From positions 1 to 47,004 of IMG/VR virus record IMGVR_UViG_3300025324_000003: a stretch of 47,004 nt of DNA. The stretch is one strand, 5' to 3'. Shown one piece after another: positions 43,284 to 47,004 of this stretch (its first letter is position 1; the number at the start of each line of letters is the position of its first letter). Source of the stretch: a virus. The notes beneath the pieces are model-generated. The model made no database searches, was not told the DNA's origin, and saw nothing but the letters and a program-made list of their open reading frames with translations. Both the position numbers and the translations under genes were made by a program.

Positions 43284-44614
43284 GCTTTGTCCTTAATGAA
43301 TTTGTTCGTTTCATTTGGGTATCTAAGAAAGCCGAGCAAGTCTGGAGTCCTGTCATCTCAAATCTGTCTAATTTTTTCTTTAAGATCGAGAGAGAATCAG
43401 TAAGAGCTGGGATTAAGCCTGTGATTATTCAGAATGTTCCTCCTGACGATGATTTTGTTAACCAGTCGCAGAGATGGCTCATGGAAGAGGGGAAAGTAAT
43501 GCTTCCTCTAGAAAGAGTCAATACTAGCCCTGGCTATAGGTCTAATTCTGGATACTTTGATTCAACAAAGCCATTCAATTTCGTTGTCGTGATAGGGAAT
43601 CGACAAGATGCTATTTCTCTTGCCAAAGCCCATGGAAAAAATAACTGGCAAACTGTAGGTAGACTTCTTGGCTACCCTGAATGCTGTATAAGGTTCTTCC
43701 AAAAGTATTGGGTCGAGGAAAAATGGATCGACACAACACTTCCGATGGCCCAAGACTGGAGAGGTGGGTATGTCCATCCAACTAACAACATTTTACTCCG
43801 ATGGGCAGGAATCAGACTTGTAAGTCATCTTCCGTGTAGCCTTACATGCCAAAAAACTAGAGAACTTGGAGATTCAAATGTTACTCTAGCTCATGACATT
43901 GGATGCGATAGTGAGATAAGTCAAATTATCGAAATTCTTAGTTGGCCGATAGAGTGGTCTTCGCTTCATGGGATTGCGATTATTACGACTCCAGTCTTCA
44001 GGATCATTACTAGCTCAGACGCGCTCCTAGAGAAGAAAATAATCCGATTACAGGGAGATAAATACCCAAGAGAAGCAGCATCTGGAAAGGTCTTTCCCTT
44101 TAGGAGCACTAAGATGTGGACTGATAATGGATTTTCAAGTCTAAAAGCGATGGAGGAGGCTCATAATAAGATCATCGATTTTATCAAACCGCTATTTCCA
44201 AAATCAATCATCGACTTCGGATGTGGAAACATGAGATTAGTCAATATCTGTGCGCGTCTGTTTGGGGCTCGTGTGGTAGGCGTGGACTCGGATTCGACTA
44301 AAGATCCTACAATTCTTTCAGATATTTTTGATGTGAGGGTTGGAGAGTCTTTCGACCTTGCTCTTATCTCTGTCAACCGTGTTAACGAGCAGCCAGAGAA
44401 GGCGAAAGCATGGTTGGAAGAGCTTAGAGTAAACGTTAAATATCTTCTGGTCTATACTTACGATGATGGACCATTCAAGTTCTCTATTCCCGAGTCTTGG
44501 ACCGACGGAGTAGAGATAGTTCGTTCAGTGGATAGTATGGTTCTTTTGAGGTTGCAGCATGACTTTAAGACAGACGCAATCCCTCTTTGCGAGACTAATT
44601 CCTCGGTTAATTGA
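43271..44614 (+). CDS. Cys-rich N-terminal domain fused to a class I SAM-dependent methyltransferase
   Basis: N-domain: LLGYPECCIRFF and SHLPCSLTC. C-domain motif I: IIDFGCGNMRLV, then VVGVDSD and FDLALIS. It overlaps the rSAM stop by 13 nt. Confidence 0.65.
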   Translation: MERLGFVLNEFVRFIWVSKKAEQVWSPVISNLSNFFFKIERESVRAGIKPVIIQNVPPDDDFVNQSQRWLMEEGKVMLPLERVNTSPGYRSNSGYFDSTKPFNFVVVIGNRQDAISLAKAHGKNNWQTVGRLLGYPECCIRFFQKYWVEEKWIDTTLPMAQDWRGGYVHPTNNILLRWAGIRLVSHLPCSLTCQKTRELGDSNVTLAHDIGCDSEISQIIEILSWPIEWSSLHGIAIITTPVFRIITSSDALLEKKIIRLQGDKYPREAASGKVFPFRSTKMWTDNGFSSLKAMEEAHNKIIDFIKPLFPKSIIDFGCGNMRLVNICARLFGARVVGVDSDSTKDPTILSDIFDVRVGESFDLALISVNRVNEQPEKAKAWLEELRVNVKYLLVYTYDDGPFKFSIPESWTDGVEIVRSVDSMVLLRLQHDFKTDAIPLCETNSSVN

Positions 44615-44897
44615 CAAAGCCCATGAGTTAGGCTTTGAGGTTACTTTAGGAGAGGCATGGAGGTCTGAGTGGGAGGCAACTCGTCTTGCTAGAGTAGGAC
44701 TTGGCATAAAAATGTCGCTTCATCGAGACAAGCTAGCTATCGACCTTAACCTCTTTAAGGATGGCATATACCTTTCTTCTACTAAATCTCATCTACAATT
44801 AGGAGAATGGTGGGAGAGCCAACATAATCTTTGTCGGTGGGGTGGTCGTTTTAAGGATGGCAATCATTATTCTATATCATATGAAGGGAGGAAATAA
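44559..44897 (+). CDS. Peptidase M15 (VanY/L-alanyl-D-glutamate peptidase-like) endolysin
   Basis: SLHRDKLAIDL (HxxxxxxD) and DGNHY zinc-ligand motifs. 112 aa. A GAGG Shine-Dalgarno is present. Confidence 0.7.
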   Translation: MTLRQTQSLFARLIPRLIDKAHELGFEVTLGEAWRSEWEATRLARVGLGIKMSLHRDKLAIDLNLFKDGIYLSSTKSHLQLGEWWESQHNLCRWGGRFKDGNHYSISYEGRK

Positions 44898-45194
44898 GTG
44901 ACTGACTTGAATGGTTTACCGTGGTGGACAAAAACCCTTTGGGTTGCAGGCCCAATCACTCTCATAGCTCTAGGTTTAGTTTGGCTTCTAGCGACTAGAA
45001 TTGACAGCAACATGAAGAACATAGACATCAATATTAATAGCATCAAGGAAAATTTCTCCTTACATCATCAAGAATCGGAATCTCTTAACCGCAACATCGA
45101 AGAGTATATGAGGATTCAGAATCTTCTTACTCGACAGCTCTGTGTTAATGCTGCATCAACCTCTGATGAGAGAGCAGGTTGTTTCAAAAATTAA
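44898..45194 (+). CDS. Single-pass membrane protein, holin or spanin candidate
   Basis: GTG start with a GGGAGG Shine-Dalgarno. TM segment TLWVAGPITLIALGLVWLLA. Directly after the endolysin gene. Confidence 0.55.
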   Translation: MTDLNGLPWWTKTLWVAGPITLIALGLVWLLATRIDSNMKNIDININSIKENFSLHHQESESLNRNIEEYMRIQNLLTRQLCVNAASTSDERAGCFKN

Positions 45195-45195
45195 C

Positions 45196-45585
45196 ATGGT
45201 TAAGCTTCGTTCTCTAGCTTCTTCTGACATCTTAAGACTAGACGAACTTTGGCAGGAACACTGGTCTGATACCTCCTTACCTGGACTTAGGAGTCGAATC
45301 GTCGACGCGCTCGCAGTTGATGAGGACGATAAAATAATTGGGTATGGGCAGGTCAAACTTTTCGCCGAGGCTATGCTCTTTCTCGATCCGACTACTCGTA
45401 AGAAGGATAGGGTGCAGGCTTTACGTCTACTCATGCTCGAGGCATTTAGAGGGACCGAGAAGGCAAATATTGAGGACATCTATACCTTCATCAAAGATCC
45501 TGACTTTGCTCTTATCATCGAAAAGCACTTCGGGTTCGAGCGCGTCTTAGAGCCTAGAGAGCTTTTGCTAAGGAGGGTCAAATGA
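45196..45585 (+). CDS. GNAT-like acetyltransferase (tentative)
   Basis: The ATG at 45196 (MVKLRSLASSDI...) is followed by a VDEDDKIIGYGQV...RVQALRLLMLEAF...HFGFERV pattern resembling the GNAT fold order. Confidence 0.45.
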   Translation: MVKLRSLASSDILRLDELWQEHWSDTSLPGLRSRIVDALAVDEDDKIIGYGQVKLFAEAMLFLDPTTRKKDRVQALRLLMLEAFRGTEKANIEDIYTFIKDPDFALIIEKHFGFERVLEPRELLLRRVK

Positions 45586-46691
45586 GTGGTGGGAAGGAAA
45601 AGAAAGCTACCAATCGTATGATTGGTGAGCAATATCAGCAGGAAAAGGCTGCTTATGGAAAAGCTGCTGGTAGAGCTGAGACTGATTTAACTAAGTATGG
45701 TGGCAGGGGTGATGTAGGCTTTCAGGATCTAGAGCGTCGTTATCAATCTTTAGCTGACACTTCTACTCCGACTCCTAGTTCTCGGGGAGGAGCAGGTGGT
45801 GGTGGTGGAGGATTTGCTGGGACTCCATCTTCCTATGAGGCATTTCAGAAGGGTCTAACTGCTCCAGGTGGAGGTTGGGATCCTGGAAGATTGGCATCCA
45901 TTCAAGGCGATATTCGAGATGTCAGGTCGATGTCTAGCGACCCTGAAATAGCTCGTCGGATGAGAGGTGCTGGAGTCTTCGACGAGTTTGCCCAAACTGG
46001 TGGGTATTCTGAGGCTGATAAGTCTAACATTAGAGCACGAGGCACGTCTGGTGTCTCTGCTATGTTTGGAAGGATGAAGGACGAAGCTAACAGAATAGCA
46101 TCTATTCAGGGAGGCTATGGTCCTGGCAGCTCTGCTCTGATGTCTAGATTTGGTAGAGAACAAGCTGGAGCTGCCTCTGATGCCGCTCTCAATGCTGAGC
46201 TTGGTATATCAGAAGGTGTGAGAACTGGTAGAATGGGGGCCGCTCAAGCACTATCTGGAGCAGAGGAGGCATATCAGGGGGGAAGACTACAATCCCTTCA
46301 AGGTGCTTCTGGAATGGAGAGTGGGCTTGAATCTGACATCTACGGTCGTAATGTAGCAGGTCAGAATGCCCTAGAGGAAGCTAGGAGGCGCCGTTCCGCT
46401 CAAGCTTCGGCTCGATCTGCTCAGGCTCAAGCTGCAAATAGATGGGAGAGGCAGTTTGCTCGTCAGGGGCAGATGGCTGGACTAGAGGGTTTATCTTCTC
46501 TCTATGGAGCTAGTGAAAGTGGCTATGGCAGAGGACTAGACTATGAGGGTCGGAATAGAGGTATAGGAGCGGGTGTCCAGCAGGGTAATCTTGGACTAAG
46601 AATCGAGAATAATCCGCAAAGAAGCTGGATTGATGTCCTTGGCGCTGCGGGTGGAGTAGCTGGGGCATTCCGGCCGTCTTCTGGGAGATAG
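45582..46691 (+). CDS. Gly/Ala/Ser/Arg-rich virion protein (369 aa), possibly an internal protein
   Basis: ATGA overlap with the upstream gene. Contains a GGAGGGGGGF tract. It is followed by two more large ORFs of similar character. Confidence 0.6.
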   Translation: MSGGKEKKATNRMIGEQYQQEKAAYGKAAGRAETDLTKYGGRGDVGFQDLERRYQSLADTSTPTPSSRGGAGGGGGGFAGTPSSYEAFQKGLTAPGGGWDPGRLASIQGDIRDVRSMSSDPEIARRMRGAGVFDEFAQTGGYSEADKSNIRARGTSGVSAMFGRMKDEANRIASIQGGYGPGSSALMSRFGREQAGAASDAALNAELGISEGVRTGRMGAAQALSGAEEAYQGGRLQSLQGASGMESGLESDIYGRNVAGQNALEEARRRRSAQASARSAQAQAANRWERQFARQGQMAGLEGLSSLYGASESGYGRGLDYEGRNRGIGAGVQQGNLGLRIENNPQRSWIDVLGAAGGVAGAFRPSSGR

Positions 46692-46694
46692 ATT

Positions 46695-47004
46695 ATGCCA
46701 AATCCATTTGCATCCATGAGATTTCCTAACGTCTTCGGGCGAGGAGATGCTCCATACGAACCTAACTTCTTTGGGCCGACACAAAAGCGCTTCATGTCGA
46801 ACGTAATGCCTCAGCCTGAACTCGAAATTCCATCTTACCAGTCCGAGCCGATGGACGAGGGAGGACGCTATTTCGATGAGATGCAGAGAATTAGGGGTCA
46901 GCGTGGTCCTGCTCTAACTGCATATCAGGAACATCTCAATGCAATGCCTACTCGGGAACAGACTAAGCCTTCGATACTACGTCGAATTGGTGCTGCTCTA
47001 TCTG
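46695..47004 (+). CDS. N-terminal part of the wrap-around virion protein gene (continues at 100..866)
   Basis: The ATG at 46695 lies 3 nt after the upstream stop. The frame stays open to the window end and is in phase with ORF 39..866 through the 99-bp overlap. The combined product is about 359 aa. Confidence 0.7.
   Translation, partial: MPNPFASMRFPNVFGRGDAPYEPNFFGPTQKRFMSNVMPQPELEIPSYQSEPMDEGGRYFDEMQRIRGQRGPALTAYQEHLNAMPTREQTKPSILRRIGAALS
46906..47004. repeat. Second copy of the 99-bp terminal overlap
   Basis: Identical to 1-99. Confidence 0.95.

Noticed and set aside
1-47004. CRISPR arrays, tRNA/tmRNA genes, integrase/attP, DGR reverse transcriptase
   Set aside because: No spacer-repeat periodicity, no cloverleaf-like segments in the intergenic regions, and no recombinase or RT motifs were seen in any ORF. 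tRNA absence should still be confirmed with tRNAscan-SE.

Overview
The window is a complete, circularly closed tailed-phage genome. The first 99 bp are identical to the last 99 bp (an assembly overlap), so the unique length is 46,905 bp, and one gene reads in frame across the junction. No tRNA, rRNA, CRISPR array, integrase or reverse transcriptase was seen. No tape measure, sheath or tube gene was recognised, so the virion is probably podovirus-like. Strong AGGAGG-type Shine-Dalgarno sites are common. Two divergent arms meet at a gene-poor control region (about 18.66-21.15 kb). That region holds a ~360-bp imperfect palindrome centred on (TA)9, several short repeats, and a ~60% GC promoter-gene-terminator cassette in a ~45% GC genome. 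The leftward (minus) arm, 3995-18661, is a replication and recombination module. It encodes a UDG-like/family A DNA polymerase, a ParB-DNA methyltransferase fusion, a Sak4-like ATPase, a Cas4-like PD-(D/E)XK nuclease, an SNF2 helicase and many small ORFs. The rightward (plus) arm carries a cold-shock-domain protein, large terminase, YiiX-like papain-fold amidase, portal, scaffold, an HNH endonuclease, major capsid protein, tail and fibre genes, and a second HNH endonuclease. It continues with an M15 endolysin, a single-TM protein, a GNAT-like protein and three large putative internal virion proteins that run through the window end into 1-3917. The most unusual content is a tightly coupled four-gene operon at 40908-44614, between the tail fibre and the lysis genes. 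It encodes a protein with about 30 His-Xaa-Asp triplets, a small HExxH protein, a radical SAM/SPASM enzyme with its own HGD-repeat tail, and a Cys-rich/SAM-methyltransferase fusion. This looks like an undescribed RiPP-like or virion-protein maturation system. Other observations: the second HNH gene appears to have captured the start codon of the tail-fibre gene; the polymerase has a frameshifted N-terminal extension; and two tandem duplications create mini-uORFs. All functional calls rest on motifs read by eye. No database search was run.
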